The notes below the pieces were generated by a model, which was not told the DNA's origin, did not search any database, and worked only from the letters and a program-made list of their open reading frames with translations. The translations under genes were made by a program, and so were the position numbers. Shown here piece after piece: positions 18,852-29,401 of a stretch of 58,339 nt of DNA (positions are counted from its first letter, which is position 1; every line of letters starts with the position of its first letter). The DNA lies in IMG/VR virus record IMGVR_UViG_3300032224_000787, positions 1 through 58,339 of that record; one strand, 5' to 3'. The stretch comes from a virus. Taxonomy: Duplodnaviria; Caudoviricetes.

Positions 18852-21314
18852 CTATTGAGAACTCATTGATCCACTAGAAGAACTACTTGTTCCTCCTTGC
18901 TGAGTATATTGGAATTGTTTAGCATCGTTTCCAAACGCACCATCAGCTACTCTTCTTTGATTTTCGTCATTAATATCTGTAACAGTGTAAATAGTCCCCT
19001 TCAAAGCTGTCTTTGTATATTGAGGTTGACCATCAGCGCCTGGAATTATTTTACCGTTATCGTCTTTTAATACAGTATAACCATATCCTGTTCCAACTGA
19101 ATTCTTGATATTTACAGCTCTATTAGGGTCATAGTCCTTAATGGTTGTTGAGTTAACTGGTCTTTGGATTCCTGTCCCGCTCCCAGAAACACCGTAGTAG
19201 GTTTCATAAGCAGAAGGCTTGATAGCAACTGAATTCTGTTTCCATGCATTTTTCCATGCATTATGATTTTCAGATGTAACAGGACTGCCATCATCAAACT
19301 TATATTTTCCTGCTGCATTTTTATCGGCAACAAAATCAGATAAAGGCATACTGAAAGGAACCCATTTACCACCTTGCTTCTTAAATAGCTTGATAGAAGC
19401 TTGCTGATTTGTAGTATTTACATTCCAATAGTTACTTGATTCGTATTGACTAGCAGGAGATTTCATTATAACAGTCCCTAAGTGTTCATCCCATTGAGCG
19501 TTAGGGAATCCCATTTCTCTAGCTTTACGAAGCATATATGTTTTAAGCTGTGTTCCGGTATATCCTTTTCTACGTGCCTCAAGTAATTCTTGTTGCATAG
19601 TTTTACCCGTAGACTGACTAGTTCTATTCATTAGTTCATTAGCTACAGTCCAAGGAGTTTTACCTTCTTCTTTCTTTCGTTCAAATTCAGCATTAAACTG
19701 TCTTCTATCTTCAGCAATTCTTGCCATTTCAGCATCATCATTTTTAATAAAATCAGTTTTTAATTTAACCTGCTCTTGCATTTGGCCTGCAAAGTAATCA
19801 ATAGCAGCATCTCTTTGTTCTTCGCTGAACTTACCACTTTTAATAAGCCCATCAACAATTCTTTCGTAGTCACCAGTAAAAAACTTCTTGAACCCAGAAA
19901 GATATTCATCATTACCTAAGCTTCCTGATTTTAGTTTAACCATGAACTCATCTCTTTCTTGAGCAAATTCTTCAGGATCCATACCAGCAATACCTGTTTT
20001 CATATTTATTGGCATCTCTCCTAAATTTGCTGCATCAAGGGCTTGATTAGCAACAATAGTCATTTGAGGGATGATGTTCTGATATAGTTTAGCTTTGTCG
20101 ATATCAATGAAATCTTTCAAGCTTTTCTCACCTGATGCAATCTCATCCATGTGATCCATTACAGCCATTTTGATTTGACCTGCAATTTTTACACCTTCGG
20201 CAGTACCATAGTTTGCCTCCTTCTCAGCGTCTTTTAAATATCCATCAGCCCAAGTAGCCCAATATGTAATATCTTTTGCGTTAGAGAGTCTCTTAGCGTA
20301 CTCTTTACGCATATTAGGATCAGACAAGAACTTATCAGCATCGAAATTATACTTAGCTAAATTATCATTCAACCAATTGTTCCAACTCTCATTTACTGCT
20401 TTAGAGTATTGAGGAGCTGTTTCGATGACATCAAAGAATTTATCTAATTGCTTTTTCTTTTCGGTAGCGGCTTCTTTCAATGCTCTCTTTCTAGCATCGT
20501 ATAACCCCATAGGAAGTAATGCTCCTGCACCTGAATAGATAGTTTGACTACCAATACGGCTACCTGAGAAATTACCTACTGCGATGTCTCTACCTGCATT
20601 AGGGTAATAGTCTTGAATGCCTAATTTCTCAACTACAGCCTTTGGAATGCCCTCGTTGATTTTAGCATACATATCAACAACTCCATTCTGAACATCTTGA
20701 GTAGATCCCGTTTGTTCGTAGCTAGGTTTAATAACCTCTCCTTTAGTCGATACAACATTTGATACAGTGCTACCGTCACCAGGTACTGTTGTAACTTGAT
20801 CTTGAACATCTATAGTTGGAACCCCTTCAGTAGTGGTATTTGTGGTTGCAGTTGTTGATGTAGGTGCTGTATTTCCTGCTTGAGCAGTTGTCATTGACTC
20901 AGTATCTTCTGCATTAAATGAACCATAAGGAGCAACAGTTACGTTAGATTTATCTGAAAGTGCTTCATCAACATCACTCTCCATCTTTTGAGCTTCTTTC
21001 TTAGCTTCAGAAGATATCTGAACGGCTTGCTGTAATTGAGATGGACTTGATGCATCCTTAACTCCTGTGTCAAGCACTTGATTCTGAGTTACTTGAGAAA
21101 CAGGGTTTTTCTGAACTGCGGCAACTAATGATTTACCTTGAGTAGGCGTTGATTCAACAGCATCAGTTGCAACAGCTGTAGATTCAGTTATAGGTTCAGC
21201 CTTAGGTTCAATTGAAACTTCCTTACCTTGATTACCTAAAGTAACATCTGAGCTAACAGGTTTTTTAGCTGGTTCGTTAGAAATTACCTCTGCAATTTTT
21301 CTTCTTTTTCCCAT
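18852..21314 (-). CDS. Ejected/cargo protein, 820 aa
   Basis: Low-complexity T/S/A N-terminus then helical domain; cargo cluster. Confidence 0.55.
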   Translation of the reverse strand: MGKRRKIAEVISNEPAKKPVSSDVTLGNQGKEVSIEPKAEPITESTAVATDAVESTPTQGKSLVAAVQKNPVSQVTQNQVLDTGVKDASSPSQLQQAVQISSEAKKEAQKMESDVDEALSDKSNVTVAPYGSFNAEDTESMTTAQAGNTAPTSTTATTNTTTEGVPTIDVQDQVTTVPGDGSTVSNVVSTKGEVIKPSYEQTGSTQDVQNGVVDMYAKINEGIPKAVVEKLGIQDYYPNAGRDIAVGNFSGSRIGSQTIYSGAGALLPMGLYDARKRALKEAATEKKKQLDKFFDVIETAPQYSKAVNESWNNWLNDNLAKYNFDADKFLSDPNMRKEYAKRLSNAKDITYWATWADGYLKDAEKEANYGTAEGVKIAGQIKMAVMDHMDEIASGEKSLKDFIDIDKAKLYQNIIPQMTIVANQALDAANLGEMPINMKTGIAGMDPEEFAQERDEFMVKLKSGSLGNDEYLSGFKKFFTGDYERIVDGLIKSGKFSEEQRDAAIDYFAGQMQEQVKLKTDFIKNDDAEMARIAEDRRQFNAEFERKKEEGKTPWTVANELMNRTSQSTGKTMQQELLEARRKGYTGTQLKTYMLRKAREMGFPNAQWDEHLGTVIMKSPASQYESSNYWNVNTTNQQASIKLFKKQGGKWVPFSMPLSDFVADKNAAGKYKFDDGSPVTSENHNAWKNAWKQNSVAIKPSAYETYYGVSGSGTGIQRPVNSTTIKDYDPNRAVNIKNSVGTGYGYTVLKDDNGKIIPGADGQPQYTKTALKGTIYTVTDINDENQRRVADGAFGNDAKQFQYTQQGGTSSSSSGSMSSQ

Positions 21315-21315
21315 C

Positions 21316-21972
21316 TTAACTTCCTGTTGTTGCAGCTGGTTGAGCAGCTAGTTTACCTTGTAATTCTTTTATAATTGCCATTAAAGAACTAATCTGAGTA
21401 TTTTGATTATCAGCTTGTGATTTAAGGCCTTGATTTTCTTTATTTAATTTGCCTGCACCCATAGTTGCTAGTAAGTTTTGAGCGCCTGCCTGTTGCATTC
21501 TGGCTGCATCAGCTTTCATCTCATTTCTACGAAGCAAACTTAAGTCAGTAGCACGGTTAACCATTTGAGTGGCCTGCTGTTGTTCTTGACCTAATAATTG
21601 TGCTACTTGTTGACCTGATTGAGCGGCAATATTACCCATAGCATTTCCAATCAATTGATTGTACTGACCGTAGTTAACTTGACCTCCTGCTGCGGCTGCA
21701 TTATTCATCATGGTTTTTCCTAATTGACGAACAGATGCATTCTGAGCTGCATTGGCAGTTCCTGTCTCAATAGCTCTTCTACGTCTACGGATGGTGTTTA
21801 ACATCTGACGTTCCATAGCACTTTCTGCTGGAGGAGTCATAGCATTAGCCTGTTTATTTTTAATAGCACCCATTAAGGCTTGACCCCCTGAAAATGCTAA
21901 TTGAGCTGCTTGTCCGACACCAGGAGCCGTAGCGGCTGTCCCAATTTTTCCTAACGTAGATAGAAAATCCAT
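21316..21972 (-). CDS. Small ejection/pilot-like protein
   Basis: A/Q/G/M-rich with N-terminal G/A amphipathic helix, as in podovirus pilot proteins. Confidence 0.6.
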   Translation of the reverse strand: MDFLSTLGKIGTAATAPGVGQAAQLAFSGGQALMGAIKNKQANAMTPPAESAMERQMLNTIRRRRRAIETGTANAAQNASVRQLGKTMMNNAAAAGGQVNYGQYNQLIGNAMGNIAAQSGQQVAQLLGQEQQQATQMVNRATDLSLLRRNEMKADAARMQQAGAQNLLATMGAGKLNKENQGLKSQADNQNTQISSLMAIIKELQGKLAAQPAATTGS

Positions 21973-21986
21973 AATCTATATTTTTT

Positions 21987-21994
21987 CAAATTTA
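21987..21994 (-). promoter_or_regulatory. Bacteroidota sigmaA -7 element
   Basis: TAAATTTG on the minus strand, 14 nt upstream of ATG 21972. Confidence 0.65.
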
Positions 21995-21998
21995 ATAA

Positions 21999-24900
21999 TT
22001 ATTTCAAAGCCTTGTACTGCACCGCTGTACTTGTGACTAAGAAGTCTTCGTCAGCACTGCTTACAATCTTGAATATCACCATTCGACCTTGATTACGCTC
22101 ATACGGTGCGTAGATTGATCTAGGTATGTAGCACTCGTAACCAAAATAGTTCTTGATGCTTAATGGTACAGCGTTTGCATCTACTACAGAGTCATGCGTA
22201 TCAGTCTTGTAGTCATCATATGATTTGTAGAAATAAATCTGCTCAGGCTTACTATTTGAGTTCACACGAATGCGAATGAATTCTTTATCAGCAATGATTA
22301 CCGCATCGGATACATTTGATAGGTAGCAAGGCATATCATCACCATTGATTTCATTTCCAACACCTAATTCATACGTACCTGAACCTTTCATCCCAAATAA
22401 TCGGTTTTTGTAATAAAGGTATTTATCGTAGTCATAAGAACTTTGACATTGCAATGCAGCCTGTTGTGTTCCGTAAATCAATGTGCTAAACTGAGGGTCT
22501 AATCTATCTTGGTCATTGACGTTCATAATGTACTCTTTTGTAAGTACGTTGAAGCCACCTGATATTCTAGACTCATAGCCTTTGCCAATTAACTGATTAT
22601 ACTTACGATTAAGTAGCTCAAAGAACCCTGTTCTAGCAATATCATTTAATTGATTGTCAGAAAAAGTGTAAGCAGATATGCCATTAGTAAAGAAGAGAGC
22701 ATTAGAATATTCAGCCCAAGATCTCCAAGTCTCATCATGCATTCCAATAGTCTTGTCAATCCATAACTGATTAAGAATACCACCAACATCAGAGCCAATA
22801 GTAGCAAGTTCATTAGCGTTAATTTCGTGAATAACTCTTTTGTCTACAACCAATAAACAAACACCGCTGTCAGTAAATGCATATAAGTTGTTACCCTTGT
22901 TTCCTGACATAGCACTCCATCCAAACTTAATCTCTCCAGTATCATCTGAAATATCAAATATGTTAGCTAGAGGGAATGTTTTAATTGATGGTGCATTTTG
23001 AGCATTAGCAGGCCTTCTTAATGACCATATGATACGAGTACAGAAATCTAACTGTTCTTCAAATCCAACTACAGGCTTAGTAAAGAAGCTTTTGTTTGTT
23101 TGACTTTTTGAGTAATCAATGTTGGTCTGTAAGTCGTTCATCAAGAATCTAAAACCACCATTGTTCCACAAATTCCATTCATAACCATAGTCATTAAAGT
23201 AATCAGGAATCAAATGATTATCATCAGCAAACTGAACGGCATCAGTTGGATCACTTAGATTCCATTTGTAAGGTCTTGGTATATAGTTGATTAATGGATA
23301 GTACTGATCACTTACTGCTTTATCAGGTTGCTCTACATTAAATGCAAAAGATAAATTGACCCTTGTTTCTGCGGTCCATACAGCAATCATTTGACGAATT
23401 AATGCAGCGTTAGCTTTCGAATTGTTGCAGAACTGAAAGTGAATACCAAAGTCATAATTCCAAGGATCTGAATTTTGCCATATAGGATAGTTATCCACAA
23501 AATCATAAGACTTAAGTGGGAACGGTGCATTCATCTTAAACTCATTACTAGGATATATCCACCCTCCTTCTACGTTAGATGGCTCTCCATTATTCCCATA
23601 GTTGTTGTCAATCGGAGCCCAAATAGATTCATTGATATAAGTGTCTCCACCAAATACACGAACAGGGAATCTGTTGTCATACTGAACATATACTTTTGAT
23701 CCACTTTTAGGCACAGTAAATGCCGTATATCCAGATGCTAAATTAAAATTCAATGTAAATACACGACATATGTTATCTCCATCACCTGATGATTCGGTGC
23801 TACCATAAACACCATATATGGGGTAACCACCAGTAAGAACAGGGTCTACAAATGGAGCAGGAGAAGCTGCTGCTAGTCCAACCAATATAGCTGTTTTATT
23901 TGGTGTAGTTTCGAACTGATAGTTCATCCATCTTTTAATAGCTCCTGTAGGCTCTTGAACGTAAACAAATCTTTTTTGAGAAGCGTATGAGTTATTAACT
24001 TGACCTTGAATTTGAGGTATACAATCTTCCCATCGTTCAGAAACTAAAACTGCACTTTGATTTACAGCTCCACTTGACTCAAGAACTAAAGATTTAAATT
24101 TTACATAATTAGAACCATATTTATACTCAGTAGTTACGCCTGATGGTATGTCGACATTCTTAATAAGATTGATTACATACATTGGCTCCCTCCACTCCAT
24201 AACACCAGCTGCGTTAGCATTGTTTGTAGTGTTAGCAGCTCCATTCATACCTGCCTGATTGTAAATAGCTCCCGTAGCGGAATCATCAATAGCAATTCTA
24301 AAATATGATTGTCTAGTTGAATTTGTAGTTATATCATCTACCTGAACAATTGGAAATAATTTATTTCCTTGTCCATTTGAAGGGAATGCCGGAGAAGTAC
24401 CTCCACTCAATGAGTTTGTATATCTACCATAAGCAACGTACTTAAAACTATTGCCAGGATCAGAAGGATCAGATATACCTGAGCTAGTGCCTAATCCGGG
24501 ATTAATTTGATTAGAAAGTGTAAGAGTATTATAATCTCTAATGATTCTAGCATAAGTAATAATATCAGCTCCTTTTCTTCTGTCATCTAACTCAGCTTTA
24601 TCTGTGTTGTAAACTTCTGAGAAGTATCCTAGCGGCGATACTAATTGAAGGCTATATGTTGATGGGTTGTTAATAAGGTCTTCAGCAATCTCAGGATTTA
24701 ACACATCAAGGTCAGGAAAGTAAGACCAAAATGAATTTGTTTCTTTTTGAGTATCTGATCCAGCAGTAACATCGGCAGGAATCAAAGTGTAAAACCCTAA
24801 TCCTTGAGCAATTACACGTTTGGCAGGTTCAGTTTGAACAACAGAAAAACCATCAGCCCAAGAAGGATATGATTGTATTCCTTTAAATGCAAATCCTTGT

Positions 24901-26615
24901 GAGTAATAATTAGGACCAAATGCGTCAGGAGCATAATTATTCCATAATGGAGGGGATAGACCAATTCCAGAGTCAAGTGCAACCTTTTTATTTACAGCTT
25001 TGTTTAATTTGCTTTTAGTGTCAAATTGAGAAACAGGATTCATCTGTGCCTTAGTGTATTCCCACCAATTAGGAAGTAATGCAGAATCAGCACGATAATT
25101 GTACATTAATCCATCTGCATCCAAAGTATCATTTTGACCATTTTTACTTGTAGCATTAACAAGGTCGAATACCTCATGTGTTTGAGATACAACACCTGCT
25201 GTATTTGCGGCACGTACAGTTCCTTTATATGAAGTATTAAGAGTATTTGTTGATACTGCATCCCTTCTATTTGGAAAATCAAAATTTATAGCGTTAGGAA
25301 TTGGCAATGCAAACGTTGGATTGTTACTCTTGTCAAATAACACAACACCAAATCCTGTCTTTTCCCCACGCATATTGCTTTTATACATAGCAGCATTGTA
25401 TACGTGCTTATGACCTGCTGTGCCTAAGTTTTCAATTGTAGAGAATCTTCCAGAAATAGAACTATCCACAAATGTAACTTGATTCTCAATGTCTTTAGAC
25501 TCATAGCCAACATTCATTAAGTATAATCGGCTATTGAAATATCTAATAGCTTTTGCTCTATTTATGTTTGCTCCATTAGATGATTGCTCTTCAGGATCTA
25601 ATTCAGTTGCTCCATCAAATAAAGCATCAGCCTTATCTAATACGTTAATTACATTCATGCCTGTAGCAACAGGAATACTTGCAATAACTTGAGATACAGG
25701 TGGAGTTCCAATCGGGTCACCTGCATACCAGGAATCTCTTCTTAATTCGATGTAAGAGAACATATTGTCGTTCTGATACCTAATCCTTAAGTGATTACCG
25801 TAAGATGTAGGAGAACTGGTGTTAGGCTCACTAGAGAACGTTCTAGAGAATGGATATTGTGGTCCATTAGCTGAACTAGCATTTCTAACTACCGGAATTA
25901 ACTCGGTAATTGGTGAGAACTCAGTTGTTTCACCTTCTGAGTCAACAAATCGGTATGCGTAAGAATAGCTGCCTACATTCAACCCGGTTCCACCAACGAC
26001 ATAATCATAACCTGATGAGCTTGGATCCTGTTTAATGAAAGCAGGTTTATATAAGATAGCTGAGACTTGAATCTCATATGCATCTAACTGAAATTCAGAA
26101 AAGTATTTATCAGTACAATTTGTAGAGCTAGAATTATCAAGTAAGTCCTGAACATTAAAAACTAATGGAGGCGTATTGTTATTTGTTACATAAAATTCAC
26201 CACCTACACAGCTTTCATTCTTATCGTACTGAAGTGGATATGATAAACTAAATGGTAAATATTGAGAGTAAGCAACAATAACACCGTCAATACGAATCAT
26301 TGGTTTTTCACTTAACTCATTTGATGCCCATATTTCTACAATGTGCCCGTTGATTTCTTGGGACATCATGCATTGATACTTAGTAAATGTAATGACTCCT
26401 ACAGGTTTACATCTATTATCAATTAATGGAAAAAGTATTGACTCTCCTTTGATTTTTTTCTTAGCAAAGTTATCTCCATCCATAGAGATGCTGCGCATAT
26501 TAAGCGCATCTACGTGCTCTCCTTGTTCACTAGAACCTAAGAACTCATTATTGGTATCAGAATTAATACCTTTTTGATAAGTTTTAATATCTTGAGGATG
26601 GTGCTGCTGCTTCAT
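21999..26615 (-). CDS. Tail muzzle/stabilisation protein (crAss-like, P22 gp10-like position), 1538 aa
   Basis: N-terminal KG.NSD...DALNMR pattern, beta-propeller-like composition, follows the ring-protein genes. Confidence 0.7.
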   Translation of the reverse strand: MKQQHHPQDIKTYQKGINSDTNNEFLGSSEQGEHVDALNMRSISMDGDNFAKKKIKGESILFPLIDNRCKPVGVITFTKYQCMMSQEINGHIVEIWASNELSEKPMIRIDGVIVAYSQYLPFSLSYPLQYDKNESCVGGEFYVTNNNTPPLVFNVQDLLDNSSSTNCTDKYFSEFQLDAYEIQVSAILYKPAFIKQDPSSSGYDYVVGGTGLNVGSYSYAYRFVDSEGETTEFSPITELIPVVRNASSANGPQYPFSRTFSSEPNTSSPTSYGNHLRIRYQNDNMFSYIELRRDSWYAGDPIGTPPVSQVIASIPVATGMNVINVLDKADALFDGATELDPEEQSSNGANINRAKAIRYFNSRLYLMNVGYESKDIENQVTFVDSSISGRFSTIENLGTAGHKHVYNAAMYKSNMRGEKTGFGVVLFDKSNNPTFALPIPNAINFDFPNRRDAVSTNTLNTSYKGTVRAANTAGVVSQTHEVFDLVNATSKNGQNDTLDADGLMYNYRADSALLPNWWEYTKAQMNPVSQFDTKSKLNKAVNKKVALDSGIGLSPPLWNNYAPDAFGPNYYSQGFAFKGIQSYPSWADGFSVVQTEPAKRVIAQGLGFYTLIPADVTAGSDTQKETNSFWSYFPDLDVLNPEIAEDLINNPSTYSLQLVSPLGYFSEVYNTDKAELDDRRKGADIITYARIIRDYNTLTLSNQINPGLGTSSGISDPSDPGNSFKYVAYGRYTNSLSGGTSPAFPSNGQGNKLFPIVQVDDITTNSTRQSYFRIAIDDSATGAIYNQAGMNGAANTTNNANAAGVMEWREPMYVINLIKNVDIPSGVTTEYKYGSNYVKFKSLVLESSGAVNQSAVLVSERWEDCIPQIQGQVNNSYASQKRFVYVQEPTGAIKRWMNYQFETTPNKTAILVGLAAASPAPFVDPVLTGGYPIYGVYGSTESSGDGDNICRVFTLNFNLASGYTAFTVPKSGSKVYVQYDNRFPVRVFGGDTYINESIWAPIDNNYGNNGEPSNVEGGWIYPSNEFKMNAPFPLKSYDFVDNYPIWQNSDPWNYDFGIHFQFCNNSKANAALIRQMIAVWTAETRVNLSFAFNVEQPDKAVSDQYYPLINYIPRPYKWNLSDPTDAVQFADDNHLIPDYFNDYGYEWNLWNNGGFRFLMNDLQTNIDYSKSQTNKSFFTKPVVGFEEQLDFCTRIIWSLRRPANAQNAPSIKTFPLANIFDISDDTGEIKFGWSAMSGNKGNNLYAFTDSGVCLLVVDKRVIHEINANELATIGSDVGGILNQLWIDKTIGMHDETWRSWAEYSNALFFTNGISAYTFSDNQLNDIARTGFFELLNRKYNQLIGKGYESRISGGFNVLTKEYIMNVNDQDRLDPQFSTLIYGTQQAALQCQSSYDYDKYLYYKNRLFGMKGSGTYELGVGNEINGDDMPCYLSNVSDAVIIADKEFIRIRVNSNSKPEQIYFYKSYDDYKTDTHDSVVDANAVPLSIKNYFGYECYIPRSIYAPYERNQGRMVIFKIVSSADEDFLVTSTAVQYKALK

Positions 26616-26616
26616 A

Positions 26617-26808
26617 TTATTTATTAAATGGGAAACGCTTATTTAAGGTATCCTTGCGTTTATTACAAGAGCTACAACCGCCACTAGTATCGCCAGATGC
26701 CTTAGCAACAAATTTAGCAACTTTATCCATTTGAGTAATTCTAGCGACCTTTTCTACAACATCGCCAAGACCTTTAATTTCAGACATTTCAAATATGTTT
26801 CTATTCAT
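26617..26808 (-). CDS. Small protein with C-terminal CxxC
   Basis: KGLGDVVEKVA...GCSSCNKRKDTLN pattern seen in small phage late proteins. Confidence 0.6.
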   Translation of the reverse strand: MNRNIFEMSEIKGLGDVVEKVARITQMDKVAKFVAKASGDTSGGCSSCNKRKDTLNKRFPFNK

Positions 26809-27134
26809 TGCATAGCCCTTTTAACGGCTTTCTTTTTGAATCTTTCTCCAACTCCAGATGATTTTCCCTCTCGATATACTTTAGATCCTTTAGACCATAA
26901 ATCATGAAAAGACCACCATCCAGCTGTTAATTTTGAAGAATTACCTTCTCCAGCATGGCGTCTACGATATTGCTTTCTAGCCTCTGCGGAGTAGTTAGAG
27001 CTGTATCCTTTTGCCCCATAGCGAACAATTTTTTCTTGTCCATTAGAACAGGCTTTTACAACTCTTTTATGCTTTCCATCATTGGCTGACCTTGGCCTAT
27101 TGCATGGCATTGAATCCTTATCTATTTTACTCAT
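26805..27134 (-). CDS. Basic protein resembling DUF5754-like viral proteins
   Basis: K.VRYGAKGYS...RKQYRRRH...AGWWS...LW pattern. Confidence 0.55.
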   Translation of the reverse strand: MSKIDKDSMPCNRPRSANDGKHKRVVKACSNGQEKIVRYGAKGYSSNYSAEARKQYRRRHAGEGNSSKLTAGWWSFHDLWSKGSKVYREGKSSGVGERFKKKAVKRAMQ

Positions 27135-27140
27135 AATTCA

Positions 27141-27911
27141 TCACTTGTGGTACATACTTGAGATATATTCTTCCATAGAGGCTTTCTCTTTGGAGTCCAT
27201 AGCCTTGATACGCTTCTTGGCTTTGTTCCAGCTTCCGTTTACAAGGTCATTGAGTTTCTGATATGCATCCGTCCATAAAGGGCGATACATTCTAACGTCA
27301 CGAGCTTTCATTGCATTGTAGAACTTCTCTTCAACGTAGTCAACTACAGCACGCTCAAAGAATCTAGGGATAACAGGTAACTCACCGTTCTCCACGCCCA
27401 TACCGTTATAAACAATACGAACAAATGGATATCCCTTACATTCTTTACTGAACATAACCAATCCATTGATTACATTGTAGTAGTATTTAGGACCGTAATA
27501 ACCCTGCATATTGTGCGTATATACACGTTGGTTAGGCTGATAGATATCAGATCCGTTACTACCATCGTCTTTTACCTGTGCGGTGTATCCGTTACCATCG
27601 GCAGTATTGTTAAACAAACGTTTCCAATATACCATCTGAGTCTTTTGTGGATTACACAAAGAGCCATTGTACATATAGATTTCACGAATGTTGAATGTAT
27701 TCTTAGGCATTTCAATCTGACAGCTCTCAGGAAATTCAACGTCCTGTTGAACCTTTAGCCAAAAAGTGTCAAATGACAACTCCTGCATAGCATCCTGAAT
27801 ACGAGATATATACCATCCCTTAGGAAAGCCCTTCTTGTAGTCTGTGTCATTCACTGTAGCAGTAACTTCTGCTAATAAGTGCTCTATGGATACGTAGTCG
27901 TTAGAAGTCAT
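27141..27911 (-). CDS. Tail ring/adaptor protein
   Basis: ~250 aa, YVSIEHLLAEV start, helical ends with a beta middle; third of three similar-sized genes after the capsid gene. Confidence 0.6.
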   Translation of the reverse strand: MTSNDYVSIEHLLAEVTATVNDTDYKKGFPKGWYISRIQDAMQELSFDTFWLKVQQDVEFPESCQIEMPKNTFNIREIYMYNGSLCNPQKTQMVYWKRLFNNTADGNGYTAQVKDDGSNGSDIYQPNQRVYTHNMQGYYGPKYYYNVINGLVMFSKECKGYPFVRIVYNGMGVENGELPVIPRFFERAVVDYVEEKFYNAMKARDVRMYRPLWTDAYQKLNDLVNGSWNKAKKRIKAMDSKEKASMEEYISSMYHK

Positions 27912-28639
27912 TATTGTGCGGTTTGTTGAGGTGTTGCATCAGGAGTAGGTACAGATCTGTTAGCGTATAACCTTGGATCAAGGTCTGCATTATCCTCTCC
28001 ATCATTAATATTTTCTTTAGGCATTAACATGACAAATCTACCAAGCTGTAGTACCTGCATCATCAATTCCTGAATAAGCTCCTCTGGTAGTGGAATTTCC
28101 TCATCTAGATTACATAGTGTTTTAGGATCAAGAGTTGCTTTAATTGCAATCTCAACATCCTTAACAGGAACACACTCTAATCCAAGTAGATAGATTCTAT
28201 TTACCTTAACTCCATCAATGTGATCTCCAATGCGATAGAAGTAAGGGTTCTGAGCGCTAGGCTTGGTATACTCATCTAGGTATAAGTGCTGAACACTACC
28301 TAAGTTTACACCTTGGAACCATACCTGAGCAAAAGAAGGACCTTCGCATTTGCAGGTTTCCTCATTATATGTGATATAGATTACACCGGAGTTATTAGGC
28401 AAATCCATAATTTGCACCGGTAAATCAATGTATTTTCTTCCTTTAGAATCGGTCTTAACTTCTATGCTATTAAACGTAGAAGTAAACAAGTCTGTATTGG
28501 TAACCATAGCTTGCTGTAAACGCATTCTATTGGCTACAACCATAACCCAGTATAGGATTTGGTTTAATGTGAAATCAGCATCATCAAAAGCCGAATTGAA
28601 GCTTTTTTGCAAATCATGTATTACATATCTGTACGTCAT
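27911..28639 (-). CDS. Tail ring/adaptor protein
   Basis: Size, synteny and C-terminal IPLPEELI helix as in crAss-like ring proteins. Confidence 0.6.
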   Translation of the reverse strand: MTYRYVIHDLQKSFNSAFDDADFTLNQILYWVMVVANRMRLQQAMVTNTDLFTSTFNSIEVKTDSKGRKYIDLPVQIMDLPNNSGVIYITYNEETCKCEGPSFAQVWFQGVNLGSVQHLYLDEYTKPSAQNPYFYRIGDHIDGVKVNRIYLLGLECVPVKDVEIAIKATLDPKTLCNLDEEIPLPEELIQELMMQVLQLGRFVMLMPKENINDGEDNADLDPRLYANRSVPTPDATPQQTAQ

Positions 28640-28640
28640 C

Positions 28641-29399
28641 TTACATTACACTTAATAGTTGTTGAATATCTTGAGCTGTAACACCATAGATGTTAGTCTG
28701 ATCACCTTGTTTGTAGGCAATGTAATTCAGTGCTTTATCAAATAGCAACTGGAATACACTATTAGGAAATTCTACATTCTGAGACAAAGAAGTAATGACT
28801 GATGGTTTCTTTGCCCAAAATACAGTTACTTTTCCATTGATGATAGACGGTCTGATTTCTATCTCAGCAGAATTAACTCCTGAGTTAAGTCCTTGGTAAT
28901 TAAACGGTGATAAGTAGGCATACAATTTAAGAGCATCGCATATCTGATCTCCATCATATCCTGCCTCAAAAGGATTCGAAGCATTTGTTGCCCATTCTTC
29001 TACATTCAGTCTTTTACATGAATCGTAAGAAGACAAGTGACGTAAGTTGCTAAGAAAATAACTTTCTGTTACGTTAGGTGTAACTACAGGAGGATATCCT
29101 GCAATTACAGATGTTTTAGGATTAGCGTAGATGCCTAAAATAGTCCACACCTCGCTAGGGAATACGTTTAGGGAAACTCTAGAGGTGTCCGTTGTTTGGA
29201 ACACCCCTGAGTATGCTAAGTCCCTAAAGAACTCTTCCCCTAATTTATCCTGACCATAAGCAGCATTCACTACGTTTGTCAACCATTTGACAGAAGCATT
29301 AATCGCAGGGATATAATCTAAATCATCAAGGTAATGATCAGAGTTCTCCGCATCGAGTGCGAAAGCCATTTGGTTGCGTAGATCCTGTGCTAGTATCAT
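28641..29399 (-). CDS. Tail ring/head-tail adaptor protein
   Basis: Synteny; C-terminal KKP...VEFPNSVFQLLFDKA helix pattern. Confidence 0.6.
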   Translation of the reverse strand: MILAQDLRNQMAFALDAENSDHYLDDLDYIPAINASVKWLTNVVNAAYGQDKLGEEFFRDLAYSGVFQTTDTSRVSLNVFPSEVWTILGIYANPKTSVIAGYPPVVTPNVTESYFLSNLRHLSSYDSCKRLNVEEWATNASNPFEAGYDGDQICDALKLYAYLSPFNYQGLNSGVNSAEIEIRPSIINGKVTVFWAKKPSVITSLSQNVEFPNSVFQLLFDKALNYIAYKQGDQTNIYGVTAQDIQQLLSVM

Positions 29400-29401
29400 G
29401 G

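Noticed and set aside
9601-21314. Virion RNA polymerase subunits
   Set aside because: No DxDxD-type catalytic motif or other RNAP signature recognised by eye; a profile search is needed to be certain
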